From NCBI GenBank assembly GCA_017853315.1, contig JAFMJW010000003.1:4537-68536 (forward strand): DNA of 64,000 nt, in the 5' to 3' direction. Of the stretch, positions 1 through 10,927 are shown one piece after another. The notes beneath the pieces are model-generated. The model was not told the origin of the DNA. It worked only from the letters and a program-made list of their open reading frames with translations, and made no database searches. A program made the translations under genes and the position numbers. This DNA is from Alphaproteobacteria bacterium (GTDB lineage Bacteria; Desulfobacterota; Binatia; UBA12015). Each line of letters starts with the position of its first letter. The stretch's first letter is position 1.

Positions 1-736
1 CGAGCCCGATCTTCTGGAACAGGCTCCCGCGCTTGATCGCGAACAGCTTGAAGCCGTTGGTCCTGCCGTTCTCCTGGTTGGGCACGGCCCGCAGCTGCGT
101 GATCAGGTCCGAGAGGTTCGAGAGCGACTCGTCCACCTCGGCCTGCGCGACCATCCAGCGGTCGTCGCCGATCTTCTTCACGGCGTCGTCCGAGACCCCC
201 GACGGCGAGGCGCCGGGGGTGGGGATCGCGACGGGGTGCGACGCGTCGGCCGCGCCCGCGGCCGGGGCGTCGGTCACCGCCAGCACCTCCCGGGAGCCGC
301 CCCGGTCGAGCACGAGGCTCCGCCACCCGATCCGGGCGATCCGGGCGCCCCCGAGCGTCTCCCCGGTGCCGACGACGAGCTGCTTCTTCGCGACCGTGTC
401 CTCCACGATCGCGAAGCGCTGGCCGCCACGCCGCCCGGTGCCGAGCAGGCGCAGCGACGACGGCGCCGACGGCAGGCCGGCGGCGGGCGAGCTTGCGTCG
501 CTCGTCGAGGGCGCGGCGAAGACGTTGCGGCGAGAAAGGGAGAGGTAGTCGGACAGGGGGCGGGCCAGGACCGAGCGCGCCTCGGGGGCCGCGGAGGTCC
601 GCGCCGGCCGTCCCGAGACGGAGAGCCTGCTTCGCACGACGCTCGAGACCAGCGTCGCGGCGGAGATCGCCGCCAGCGCGAGCAGGACGAGCCGCGACGC
701 TGCCCAGTGCGCCGGGCGGATCCGGGTGATCACCAT
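1..736 (-). CDS. Partial membrane-anchored protein resembling a type II secretion GspC/PilP-like HR-domain protein. Its C-terminus lies beyond the window start.
   Basis: Not in the ORF track because it is truncated at the window edge. The reverse-complement reading from ATG (complement of cat 734..736) gives MVITRIRPAHWAASRLVLLALAAISAATLVSSVVRSRL (a TM anchor), then ...FAIVEDTVAKKQLVVGTGETLGGARIARIGWRSLVLDRGG...KLFAIKRGSLFQKIGL. This pattern looks HR/PilP-like. It is divergent from lysS. Confidence 0.35.
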   Translation of the reverse strand, partial: MVITRIRPAHWAASRLVLLALAAISAATLVSSVVRSRLSVSGRPARTSAAPEARSVLARPLSDYLSLSRRNVFAAPSTSDASSPAAGLPSAPSSLRLLGTGRRGGQRFAIVEDTVAKKQLVVGTGETLGGARIARIGWRSLVLDRGGSREVLAVTDAPAAGAADASHPVAIPTPGASPSGVSDDAVKKIGDDRWMVAQAEVDESLSNLSDLITQLRAVPNQENGRTNGFKLFAIKRGSLFQKIGL

Positions 737-923
737 TCGGTGAGGTATGCCAACCCTCGAAAACCTGCAAGCCGGACGCGAGGTTGCGGCCGCCGCGACG
801 CAGCGGCGCGCGGCGCGCGCCCGCGCCGTCGGCGCGGTTCGCGTCGCGCCGCGTCGAGGAATTGACCCCCGGCACGGGCTCCCGTAGAGGTTCGTTCGGC
901 GAGAGGCGGCGCAGGGCGAGCAC

Positions 924-2470
<1,547 letters not shown>

Positions 2471-2474
<4 letters not shown>

Positions 2475-3751
2475 GCGGCCTCTCGTCGCTGCCTTGGGAG
2501 CTCCAGGTGGGCCTGCGCTACCTGCGCGCCCGCCGTCGCGAGAAGTTCGTCTCGCTGATCTCGCTGATCGCCGGACTCGGCGTCGCGATCGGCGTCATGA
2601 CGCTCTGCATCGTGATGGCGGTCATGACCGGCTTCGAGGAGGATCTCCGGGACCGGATCCTCGGCTTCAACCCGCACGTGGTGCTGCTGAGCCACGGCGG
2701 CACGCTCGACGACTCGCCCGAGACGCTCGCGAAGGTCGCCGGCACGCCGGGCGTCGCCGCGGCCGCCCCGTTCGTCTACAGCCAGGTGATGGCGACGACC
2801 GGGCAGGCCGTCGCGGGAGCGGTCGTCCGCGGCGTCGACCCGGCGCACGTCGACGACGTGATCGACGTCTCGAGCCACGTCCGCGAGGGGTCGGCGAAGC
2901 ACCTGGGCCAGCCGATGACGGTCCAGACGATCGTCGACGGCAAGGAGACCCCGGTCGAGGCGAACCGCATCGTGATCGGCTTCGAGTTGGCGAAGCTGCT
3001 CGGCGTCCGGGTCGGCGACTGGGTGAACCTCATGTCGCCGCAGGGTGCTGCGAGCGCGCTCGGCTTCGTGCCGAGGGTGAAGCGCTTCGCGGTCGGAGGC
3101 ATTTTCGACTCCGGGATGTACGAGTACGACTCGACGATCGTCTTTCTCGCGATGGCCGACGCCCAGCGGATGTTCGAGCTGGGGCGCCGCGTGACCGGCA
3201 TCGAGGTCAAGGTCGACGACGTGCACGCGGCCGACCGGGTTGCGCGCGCCCTCGAAGTGCGCGGCGGCTTCCCGCTGTTCGCCCGCGACTGGATGGAGGT
3301 GAACCGCAACCTCTTCGCGGCCTTCAAGCTCGAGAAGTTCATCCAGTTCGTCGTCCTGCTGCTCATCGTGCTGGTCGCCGCCTTCAACATCGCGGCGACG
3401 CTCATCATGGTCGTCATGGAGAAGCGCAAGGACATCGCGATCCTGAAGTCGATGGGGGCGACCAACGGGGCGATCGGCTGGATCTTCGTCTTCAAGGGGG
3501 CGGTGATCGGGGTGCTCGGCACCCTGCTCGGGATCGCCGGGGGGCTGGGCGGGGCCTGGCTCCTGCAGCGCTACAAGTTCATCGACCTGCCCAAGGACGT
3601 GTTCTACGTCTCGACGGTCCCGGTCCGGATCTACCCCTGGAACTTCGCCGCCGTCGCCCTCGCCTCGATCCTGATCTGCATCCTCGCCACCCTCTACCCG
3701 GCCCGGCAGGCGGCGCGACTCGCCCCGGTCGAAGTCATCCGCTACGAGTAG
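2471..3751 (+). CDS. lolE: Lipoprotein-release ABC transporter permease (LolC/E family; single permease, so LolF-type)
   Basis: GTG start at 2471 overlaps the lysS stop (GTGA). The protein has FtsX-type TM helices and a periplasmic MacB-like domain. Its C-terminal motif is EKRKDIAILKSMGATNGAIGWIFVFKGAVIGVLGTLLG. It occupies the 3' part of ORF-track entry 1328..3751. Confidence 0.85.
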
Positions 3752-3760
3752 GGCGGCGCG

Positions 3761-4459
3761 GTGGCCGGTTCGGGAGAGGAGAGCGGTCCCTACGTGTCCG
3801 CGCGCGGGCTGGTGAAGGAATTCACCGATGGCCCGCGCACGGTCCGGGTGCTCTCGGGGGTCGACTTCGGCATCGCCGCGGGGGAGACGGTCGCGATCGT
3901 GGGTGAGTCCGGAGTCGGCAAGAGCACGCTGCTGCACCTGTTGGGGGGGCTGGAGCGCCCGACGTCGGGCAGCGTGGCGATCGGGGGCGTCGATCTCGCC
4001 TCGCAGACCGACCGCGACCTCGCGCACTTCCGCAACCGCGAGATCGGGTTCGTCTTCCAGTTCCACCACCTCCTGCCCGACTTCACCGCGCTCGAGAACG
4101 TCGCCATGCCGGCGCTCATCGCGGGAGATCCCGCGGTCGATGCCCGCGAGCAGGCGGCCGCGCTGCTCGAGCGGGTGGGCCTCGCCGAGCGCATGACGCA
4201 CCGACCGGGAGAGCTCTCCGGCGGGGAACAGCAGCGCGTCGCGGTCGCGCGCGCCGTGGTCCGCAAGCCGGGCCTCGTGCTCGCCGACGAGCCGACGGGA
4301 AACCTCGACCCCGACACCGGCGACGAGGTCGAGCGCCTGCTTCTCGACCTGAACCGCGAGAACGGTACGACCTGCATCGTCGTCACCCACAGCGATCGCC
4401 TCGCGAGAGCGATGGACACCCGCTTCCGCCTGGTCCACGGACAGCTCGAGGTCGTATGA
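3761..4459 (+). CDS. lolD: Lipoprotein-release ABC transporter ATP-binding protein
   Basis: 232 aa with Walker [13 protein letters not shown] signature [14 protein letters not shown], and Walker [13 protein letters not shown]. Confidence 0.9.
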   Translation: MAGSGEESGPYVSARGLVKEFTDGPRTVRVLSGVDFGIAAGETVAIVGESGVGKSTLLHLLGGLERPTSGSVAIGGVDLASQTDRDLAHFRNREIGFVFQFHHLLPDFTALENVAMPALIAGDPAVDAREQAAALLERVGLAERMTHRPGELSGGEQQRVAVARAVVRKPGLVLADEPTGNLDPDTGDEVERLLLDLNRENGTTCIVVTHSDRLARAMDTRFRLVHGQLEVV

Positions 4460-7245
4460 GTTCCATGTCCCCCGAGAACCGTGCCCGCAGCGTGCTCGTC
4501 GCCGTGCTCGCGACGGCGCTCGCGGGCTGCGCGGCGAAGACCCCGGCAGGGCGCGGGGCACCGCGGGCCGGCGCGGCGGCGCCGGGCGGGGACGTCGCGG
4601 TCTCTGCGCCTTCCTCCCCGGCCGCGGCCGAGGGACTGCTCTCGCGGCTGCTCTCGCCCATCGCCGGCCTGTGGCCCTTCGGCGGGGGGAAGGGCGACTC
4701 CGCGGAGTCCGCCGACCGCGCGTCCGGCTCCGGATCGATCGCCGCCGCGGCCGGCGGCTCCGACAAGGACCTGCCGCCCGACCCGTCGAAGGCGTCGGTG
4801 CTGCGCCCGAGTCGCCGTGCGCCCGATCCCGACCGGTGGCTCTCCTCGCAGCCCGGGCTGCGCAGCCCGCTGCCGCTGCTGGCGGTGGTCGAGCCGGTCC
4901 GCAGGGTGGCGTCCGCCGCCGACGCGGCGGAGCCCGAGAGCGGGTTCCACGGTCGCGCGCCGCGCGTCTCGGGCGACGCGCCCGTGATCGGCGCGATCGC
5001 GATCGAGGGCAATCACCGCGTCGACAAGGAGGCGATCCGCGTCCACGTGAAGAGCCGCGCGGGCGAGCCCTACGACGCGCAGCGCGCCGACGAGGACCTC
5101 CGCGCGATCTACGCGATGGGCTTCTTCGACGACGTGTCGGTCGACCTCGAGGAGGGAGCCGGCCGGCCCGCGCTCGTCTTCCACGTGAAGGAGCGTCCCT
5201 ACGTCTCCTCGGTGAAGGTCGAGGGCACCGACAGCCTGAAGAAGGAGGACGTCGAGACCGCGCTCAAGACCCGCCCGCGCACGATCCACGACCCCGAGAA
5301 GGTCCGTCGCGGCATCGCCGACGCGCGCAAGTTGGCCGAGGAGAAGGGCTACCTCGACGCGAAGATCACGCCGGTCCTGAAGCCGATCCCCGGCACCGAC
5401 GACGTCGAGCTCGTCTACCAGGTCGACGAGGGCCGCAAGATCCTCATCGCGGACCTCGAGTTCGAGGGCAACGAGCACTTCAGCGACCGCAAGCTCGCGG
5501 GCGTGATGCAGACCTCGGAGAAGGGCTGGCTCTCGTTCCTCACCGGGTCGGGGACGCTCAACCGCGAGATCCTGAAGACCGACGTCGAGCGGCTCACCGC
5601 CTTCTACTACGACGACGGCTACGTCGGCGTGAAGATCGACGAGCCCGAGGTCACGCGAGACGGCGACCGGCTGAAGGTGCGGATCAAGATCGACGAGGGC
5701 GATCAGTTCGACTTCGGCGAGATCAAGCTCTCCGGCGACGTCCCGCCCGGACCCGAGGCCGACGAACTCGCCAAGGAGATCCAGTCGAAGAAGGGCGAGA
5801 CCTTCCGGGCGAGCGCGCTCCGCGAGGACGTGACGACGCTCACCGACCTCCTCGGCGACCAGGGCTACGCGTTCGCGAACGTCGAGCCCGAGACGCTGGT
5901 CCGCCCCGAGGAGAAGACCGTCGACGTCGCCTTCCGCGTGAGCAAGGGCAAGCCCGTCACGATCGGGCAGATCGACGTCACCGGCAACACGAAGACCCGC
6001 GACAAGGTCATCCGCCGCGAGTTGCGCGTGGCCGAGCAGGAGCCGTTCTCGGCGACCCAGTTGCGCAAGAGCAAGGAGGCCCTGCAGCGCCTCGGGTTCT
6101 TCTCGGAGGTCGACGTCACGACCCGCAAGGGGGCGACCGACGACCAGATCGACCTCGCGGTCGACGTGAAGGAGGGCTCGACCGGCGCCTTCAGCGCGGG
6201 CGCGGGCTACAGCTCGGGCGACCAGTTCCTGTTCAACGTCCGGCTCTCGGAGAACAACCTCTTCGGCCGCGGCCAGCGCGCGGTGCTGAACGCCGACTTC
6301 GGCACCATCCGGCGCAACATCTACCTCTCGTACACCGAGCCCTACCTGTTCGACACGCGCCTGCTCGGCCAGGGCACGATCTTCAACACCGGGCTCAACT
6401 ACGGCGACTTCACCCGCTCGGCGACCGGCTTCTCCCTGCGCGCCCTCTACCCCTTCGAGGAGATCGGCTTCGGGCGTCTGGGGTGGCTCTCGCTCGAGGA
6501 CACGAGCTTCGGCCTCGAGTACCGGCTGGAACAGGCGCGGATCTACGACATCTCCTACAACGCGCCGCCGGCGATCTGGGCCGAGCAGGGCGAGACGGCG
6601 ATCTCGGCGATCTCGCCGCAGATCCTCCGCAACACGCTGAATCACGCCTACGACCCGACGTCGGGCTCGTTCCAGGACATCTCGTTCGAGTTCGCGGGGC
6701 TGGGCGGCGACCAGACCTACTGGCTCGCGCAGGCGCGCACGCGCTTCTTCTGGCCGATCTACCGGATCCGCGACTTCGGGGCGTTCGTCTACTCGATCGG
6801 CGGCACGGTGGCCTACGGCAAGGGCGAGGCCGGCCTCTCGGGCAACGAGATCCCGCTCGTCCAGCGCTTCTTCCCCGGCGGCATCAACACCGTCCGCGGC
6901 TACAACATGCGCACGCTGGGCCCGCGCCAGGACACCTACAACCCGCAGGGAATCGTGATCAACAACCGGCCGATCGGCGGCACGAACGAGCTCGTCGTCC
7001 AGAACGAGATCATCTTCCCGATCTTCCAGCCGATGGGCATCCGCGGCGTGGTCTTCTTCGACGCCGGCAACGCGTTCCTCCAGGCGCAGGGCATCGACTT
7101 CGGCGACCTTCGCTACGGCGTCGGGGCCGGCATCCGCTGGCTTTCGCCCTTCGGCCCGCTCCGCATCGAGTACGGCATCCCCTTGAACCTCCAGGACAAC
7201 GAGTCGAAGAGCTCGGTCATGTTCTCGTTCGGCGCGCCGCTGTGA
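4456..7245 (+). CDS. bamA: Outer membrane protein assembly factor BamA (Omp85) with an unusual ~160-aa N-terminal low-complexity extension carrying a lipobox
   Basis: 929 aa. The ATG at 4456 overlaps the lolD stop (ATGA). The N-terminus reads [16 protein letters not shown] (a lipoprotein-type signal with Cys), followed by an Ala/Gly/Pro/Ser-rich tract. POTRA repeats then start ([21 protein letters not shown]...), and a C-terminal Omp85 barrel ends the protein (...[27 protein letters not shown]). Confidence 0.9.
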   Translation: MSSMSPENRARSVLVAVLATALAGCAAKTPAGRGAPRAGAAAPGGDVAVSAPSSPAAAEGLLSRLLSPIAGLWPFGGGKGDSAESADRASGSGSIAAAAGGSDKDLPPDPSKASVLRPSRRAPDPDRWLSSQPGLRSPLPLLAVVEPVRRVASAADAAEPESGFHGRAPRVSGDAPVIGAIAIEGNHRVDKEAIRVHVKSRAGEPYDAQRADEDLRAIYAMGFFDDVSVDLEEGAGRPALVFHVKERPYVSSVKVEGTDSLKKEDVETALKTRPRTIHDPEKVRRGIADARKLAEEKGYLDAKITPVLKPIPGTDDVELVYQVDEGRKILIADLEFEGNEHFSDRKLAGVMQTSEKGWLSFLTGSGTLNREILKTDVERLTAFYYDDGYVGVKIDEPEVTRDGDRLKVRIKIDEGDQFDFGEIKLSGDVPPGPEADELAKEIQSKKGETFRASALREDVTTLTDLLGDQGYAFANVEPETLVRPEEKTVDVAFRVSKGKPVTIGQIDVTGNTKTRDKVIRRELRVAEQEPFSATQLRKSKEALQRLGFFSEVDVTTRKGATDDQIDLAVDVKEGSTGAFSAGAGYSSGDQFLFNVRLSENNLFGRGQRAVLNADFGTIRRNIYLSYTEPYLFDTRLLGQGTIFNTGLNYGDFTRSATGFSLRALYPFEEIGFGRLGWLSLEDTSFGLEYRLEQARIYDISYNAPPAIWAEQGETAISAISPQILRNTLNHAYDPTSGSFQDISFEFAGLGGDQTYWLAQARTRFFWPIYRIRDFGAFVYSIGGTVAYGKGEAGLSGNEIPLVQRFFPGGINTVRGYNMRTLGPRQDTYNPQGIVINNRPIGGTNELVVQNEIIFPIFQPMGIRGVVFFDAGNAFLQAQGIDFGDLRYGVGAGIRWLSPFGPLRIEYGIPLNLQDNESKSSVMFSFGAPL

Positions 7246-7289
7246 CGGTCCCGCCGGCGCCGATTCCCCAGAAGAAGGAGAAGAAGTCC

Positions 7290-7820
7290 ATGAAGACGGT
7301 CAGCTCGGTGCGCATCGCGGCAGTCGCCCTCCTGGCGGTCGCGACCCTTCCGGTCGCGGTTCGCGCGGCGGAGACGAAGATCGCGGTCGTCGACCTGCAG
7401 CGCGCGCTGAACGAGTCCGAGGCGGGCAAGCGGGCCAAGTCGGACTTCAAGGTCCGGGCCGACAAGCTCGAGTCCCAGCTGAAGGGCCAGAAGGACGAGC
7501 TCGACCGCATCAAGAACGACTTCGAGGCCAAGCAGTCGGTGCTGAAGGACGAGGAGCGCCGGAAGCTCGCCACCGACTTCGAGAAGAAGCGGCTCGACCT
7601 GAAGACCAAGTTCGAGGAGGCGCAGGGCGAACTCGCCAAGCGCGACCAGGAACTGACCGCGCCGATCATGAAGGGCCTCCAGGAGACCATCAAGCAGATC
7701 GCGGAGGTCGAGGGCTTCTCCCTCGTACTCGAGTCGAACTCGGCGGGCGTGGTCTACCACCTGCCGAGCGTGGACATCACCGACCGCGTCCTGTCGGCGT
7801 ACAACGCCAAGGGCAACTGA
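7290..7820 (+). CDS. skp: Periplasmic chaperone Skp (OmpH)
   Basis: ATG at 7290 lies in frame in the 3' part of ORF 4671..7820. The signal peptide is MKTVSSVRIAAVALLAVATLPVAVRAAE. The body is a Lys/Glu-rich coiled coil (KIAVVDLQRALNESEAGKRAKSDFK...) and the gene sits in the classical bamA-skp position. Confidence 0.85.
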   Translation: MKTVSSVRIAAVALLAVATLPVAVRAAETKIAVVDLQRALNESEAGKRAKSDFKVRADKLESQLKGQKDELDRIKNDFEAKQSVLKDEERRKLATDFEKKRLDLKTKFEEAQGELAKRDQELTAPIMKGLQETIKQIAEVEGFSLVLESNSAGVVYHLPSVDITDRVLSAYNAKGN

Positions 7821-7843
7821 GCGGGCGGCCCGCCGGGAGCGAC

Positions 7844-9115
7844 GTGTCGGACGGCGACGACATCCTGCGGCTGCTCCCGCATCGGCATCCCTTCCTGCTG
7901 GTCGACCGCGTCCTCGAGTTCGAGGCCGGGAGCCGGCTGGTGGCGCTGAAGAACGTGACCGTGAACGAGCCGCAGTTCGCGGGTCACTTTCCCGGGCGCG
8001 CGCTCATGCCGGGGGTCCTCGTGTGCGAGGCGCTGGCGCAGGCCGGCGGGCTGCTCGTGCACGGCACTCTGAACGGCGACCTGCGCCCCGACAGGCCCGA
8101 CGCCGAGCGACCGTTCCTCGTGCTCTCGGGGATCGACGAGGCCCGCTTTCGGCGGCCGGTCGTCCCCGGCGACCAGATGCGGCTCGAGGTGGAGCTCCTG
8201 CGCAAGCGGCGCCCGGTCTGGAAGATCCGCGGCGTCGCGACGGTCGAAGGGCAGGTCGCGGTCGAAGCCTCGTTCTCGGCCGTCGAGACGGCGGGCCCGA
8301 CGACCGGCCGCGGCGGCGAGCCGCGCGCGGGCGCCGCGACGGAGATCCACCCGACGGCGATCGTGGAGCGCGGCGCCGAGCTCGACGAAGGGGTCGTGGT
8401 CGGCCCGTTCGCGACGATCGGGCCGGAGGTGCGGATCGGCGCCGGGACGAGGATCGGAGCCCACGTCGTGGTCGAGGGGCGGACGACGCTCGGCCGCGAC
8501 AACCGCGTGTTCCCCTTCGCGACCGTGGGCTGCGTCCCGCAGGACTTGAAGTTCCACGGCGAGCCCGGCCGGCTCGAGATGGGCGACCGCAACCTCGTGC
8601 GCGAGTACGCCTCGCTCTCGATCGGCACCGAGGGCGGCGGGCTCGTCACCCGCGTCGGCCACGACAACCTGTTCATGAACTACTCGCACCTGGGCCACGA
8701 CTGCCAGGTGGACGACCACGTGCACCTGGTGAACGGCGTCGCCGTGGCCGGGCACGTGTCGCTGGGCAGCCACTCGATCGTGTCCGGTCTCGCGGCGGTC
8801 GCGCAGTTCGCGCGGATCGGGGAGGGCGCCTTCATCGGCGGTGGGTCGATGGTGGTGATGGACGTCCCGCCGTTCTGCATGGCCAACGGCGACCGTGCCC
8901 GGCTGGTCGGGCTGAACGCGGTCGGGCTGGAGCGCCGTGGCTTCGACGCCGCGCGCATCTCGGCCCTCCGCCGGGCCTACAAGACGCTCTTCCAGTCGAA
9001 GTTGCTGGCCCGCGACGCGATCGCGAAGATCCGCGCCGAGCAGTCCGACTCGCCCGAGGCGATCGCGATGGCCGACTTCGTCGCCGCGAGCGAGCGCGGC
9101 GTGACGCGGCCCTGA
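7844..9115 (+). CDS. In-frame fusion: 3-hydroxyacyl-ACP dehydratase FabZ (residues ~1-153) joined to UDP-GlcNAc O-acyltransferase LpxA (residues ~168-423)
   Basis: One 423-aa ORF. The N-terminal half is a FabZ hot-dog domain (HRHPFLLVDRVLEFEAGSRLVALKNVTVNEPQFAGHFPGRALMPGVL). A short linker TAGPTTGRGGEPRAGAAT follows. The C-terminal half is LpxA, starting at its canonical N-terminus (EIHPTAIVERGAELDEGVVVGPFATIGP), with left-handed beta-helix hexapeptide repeats and a C-terminal RRGF...ISALRRAYKTLF region. There is no stop codon and no plausible internal start or RBS at the junction. Confidence 0.85.
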   Translation: MSDGDDILRLLPHRHPFLLVDRVLEFEAGSRLVALKNVTVNEPQFAGHFPGRALMPGVLVCEALAQAGGLLVHGTLNGDLRPDRPDAERPFLVLSGIDEARFRRPVVPGDQMRLEVELLRKRRPVWKIRGVATVEGQVAVEASFSAVETAGPTTGRGGEPRAGAATEIHPTAIVERGAELDEGVVVGPFATIGPEVRIGAGTRIGAHVVVEGRTTLGRDNRVFPFATVGCVPQDLKFHGEPGRLEMGDRNLVREYASLSIGTEGGGLVTRVGHDNLFMNYSHLGHDCQVDDHVHLVNGVAVAGHVSLGSHSIVSGLAAVAQFARIGEGAFIGGGSMVVMDVPPFCMANGDRARLVGLNAVGLERRGFDAARISALRRAYKTLFQSKLLARDAIAKIRAEQSDSPEAIAMADFVAASERGVTRP

Positions 9116-9119
9116 GGGC

Positions 9120-9971
9120 GTGGCGGTGGAGCGCAACGCCGCGCGTCTCGGCCTGATCGCGGGCAACGGGATCTTTCCGGTGCTGGTCGCGCGCGGGGCG
9201 CGCGAGGCCGGCGTCGAGGTCGTGTGCTGCGCGCACGTCGGCGAGTCGGATCCCGCGATCGAGGCCGAGGTCGACGCCTGCACCTGGGTGCGCGTGGGCG
9301 AACTCGGCCGCATCCTCCGGACGTTCAAGGAGGCCGGCTGCAGCAGCGCGGTCATGGCGGGGGGCATCACGAAGGTCCGCCTCTTCTCGGGCTTCCGGCC
9401 CGATCTGCGCGGTGCCGCCTTCCTCGCCCGCATGCGGACGCTGCACGACGACAAGCTCCTGGTCGGGATCGCGGACGAGCTCGCCGCCGAGGGCATCCCG
9501 GTGGTGGCCTCCACGCTCTACCTGCCGCGGCTCGTGCCCGAGCCGGGAGTGCTGGGGCGCCGCGGTCCGAAGTCGAAGGAGCGCGAGGACATCCGCTTCG
9601 GCCTGCGGGTCGCGAAGGCGATCGGCGCGTTCGAGATCGGGCAGACCGTGGTCGTGAAGGACGGGCTCGTCCTCGCGGTCGAGGCGGTCGAGGGCACCGA
9701 CGCCGCGATCCGCCGCGGGGCCGAGCTCGCGCGCCGGGGTGCGGTGGTCGTGAAGGTGGCGAAGCCGGGACAGGACCTTCGCTTCGACGTGCCGGCGGTC
9801 GGGCCGGCGACGATCCGCCTCATGGCCGAGACGCATGCGACGGTGCTCGCGGTGGAGGCGGGGCGCACGCTGCTCCTCGAGCGCGAGAGCCTGATCGCGC
9901 TCGCCGACATGGCGGGCATCGCGGTGGTCGCCGTGGAGGCCGAGCCCGACGCCTCGGGGGCGCTTGCGTGA
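9120..9971 (+). CDS. lpxI: UDP-2,3-diacylglucosamine hydrolase LpxI (DUF1009 family)
   Basis: 283 aa. N-terminal LGLIAGNGIFPVLVARGARE, positioned between lpxA and lpxB as in organisms that lack lpxH. No lpxH-like calcineurin phosphoesterase is in the window. Confidence 0.8.
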   Translation: MAVERNAARLGLIAGNGIFPVLVARGAREAGVEVVCCAHVGESDPAIEAEVDACTWVRVGELGRILRTFKEAGCSSAVMAGGITKVRLFSGFRPDLRGAAFLARMRTLHDDKLLVGIADELAAEGIPVVASTLYLPRLVPEPGVLGRRGPKSKEREDIRFGLRVAKAIGAFEIGQTVVVKDGLVLAVEAVEGTDAAIRRGAELARRGAVVVKVAKPGQDLRFDVPAVGPATIRLMAETHATVLAVEAGRTLLLERESLIALADMAGIAVVAVEAEPDASGALA

Positions 9972-10927
9972 GCGCGTCCGGCGAGCGGGCCCAGGGCGCC
10001 CCGTTGCGCGCGGCGGTCGTCGGCGCGGGCTACCTCGGGACCTTCCACGCCGAGAAGTACGCCGCGGCGCAGGGCTGCGAGCTGGTCGGCGTGGCCGACG
10101 TCGACCTGCCGCGTGCGCGCGCGCTCGGCGAGCGTCTCGGCTGCCGGGCCGTCGGGGACTTCCGCGAGCTGATCGGCTCGATCGACTGTGCGAGCGTGGT
10201 CGTGCCCACCGGGCACCACCGGGAGGTGGGCGAGGCCCTGCTGCGGGCCGGCGTGGACTGTCTCGTCGAGAAGCCGCTCGCCGCGAACTCCGGGGAGGCG
10301 GCGAGCCTCGTCGAGACGGCGCGCGCGGGTGGCCGCATCCTGCAGGTCGGCCACCTCGAGAGGTTCAACCCCGCGCTCACCCGTCTCGCGGGCGTCATCG
10401 ACCGGCCGCGCTTCATCGAGTGCCACCGGCTCGCGCCCTTCACGGTGCGCGGAGCCGACGTCGACGTGGTCCGCGACCTGATGATCCACGACCTCGACCT
10501 CGTCCGGCTCCTCGTGCCCGACGAGATCGTCTCGGTCGAGGCGGTCGGCGTGCCGGTGGTGACGCACCAGGTGGACATCGCCAACGCACGGCTGCGCTTC
10601 GCCGGGGGCTGCATCGCGAACGTGACGGCGAGCCGGGTGTCGGCCAAGCGCGAGCGCAAGCTGCGGCTGTTCCAGCCCGATCTCTACGTCGCGATCGACC
10701 TGGCCGAGCGCTCGGTCCGGATCTGTCGCCGCCGCGTCGACGAGCGCGGGCAGCCCGAGATCGCGTGGGAGCAGGTCGACCTCGGCGAGGCCGACGCGCT
10801 CGCGCGGGAGATTCACGCCTTCCTCGCCTCGGTGCGCACCCGGGCGCGACCCGCCGTCACCGGCGAAGACGGGCTCGCGGCGCTCGAACTCGCGGAGCGG
10901 GTGCTCCGCGTGATGGAGCAGGGGTGA
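9968..10927 (+). CDS. Gfo/Idh/MocA-family NAD(P)-dependent oxidoreductase (GnnA-like)
   Basis: GTG at 9968 overlaps the lpxI stop (GTGA). It has an N-terminal Rossmann motif AAVVGAGYLGTFHAEKY and an EKPLA motif typical of the family. The gene is embedded in the lpx operon. Confidence 0.8.
   Translation: MSASGERAQGAPLRAAVVGAGYLGTFHAEKYAAAQGCELVGVADVDLPRARALGERLGCRAVGDFRELIGSIDCASVVVPTGHHREVGEALLRAGVDCLVEKPLAANSGEAASLVETARAGGRILQVGHLERFNPALTRLAGVIDRPRFIECHRLAPFTVRGADVDVVRDLMIHDLDLVRLLVPDEIVSVEAVGVPVVTHQVDIANARLRFAGGCIANVTASRVSAKRERKLRLFQPDLYVAIDLAERSVRICRRRVDERGQPEIAWEQVDLGEADALAREIHAFLASVRTRARPAVTGEDGLAALELAERVLRVMEQG

Noticed and set aside
33-865. Plus-strand ORFs 33..548, 236..865 and 493..729 at the left edge
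   Set aside because: The opposite strand encodes a coherent TM-plus-HR-domain protein here. The + frames are Arg/Gly/Pro-rich nonsense.
3790-6645. 951-aa minus-strand ORF, with 2261..4561 (766 aa) and 7754..9514 (586 aa) of the same kind
   Set aside because: All are antisense shadows of lolE/lolD/bamA/fabZ-lpxA, which have unambiguous family motifs on the + strand. The ORFs are low-complexity and Arg-rich.
4671-7289. 5' part of ORF 4671..7820 (1049 aa) and ORF 4481..4987
   Set aside because: They are alternate frames of bamA. Only the final 176 codons (skp), from ATG 7290, are real.
9224-9967. 5' part of ORF 9224..10927 and ORF 9964..10923 (5' part of 9964..12165)
   Set aside because: They are alternate frames over lpxI and the oxidoreductase. 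The real genes begin at the internal GTGs at 9968 and 10924, which overlap upstream stops.
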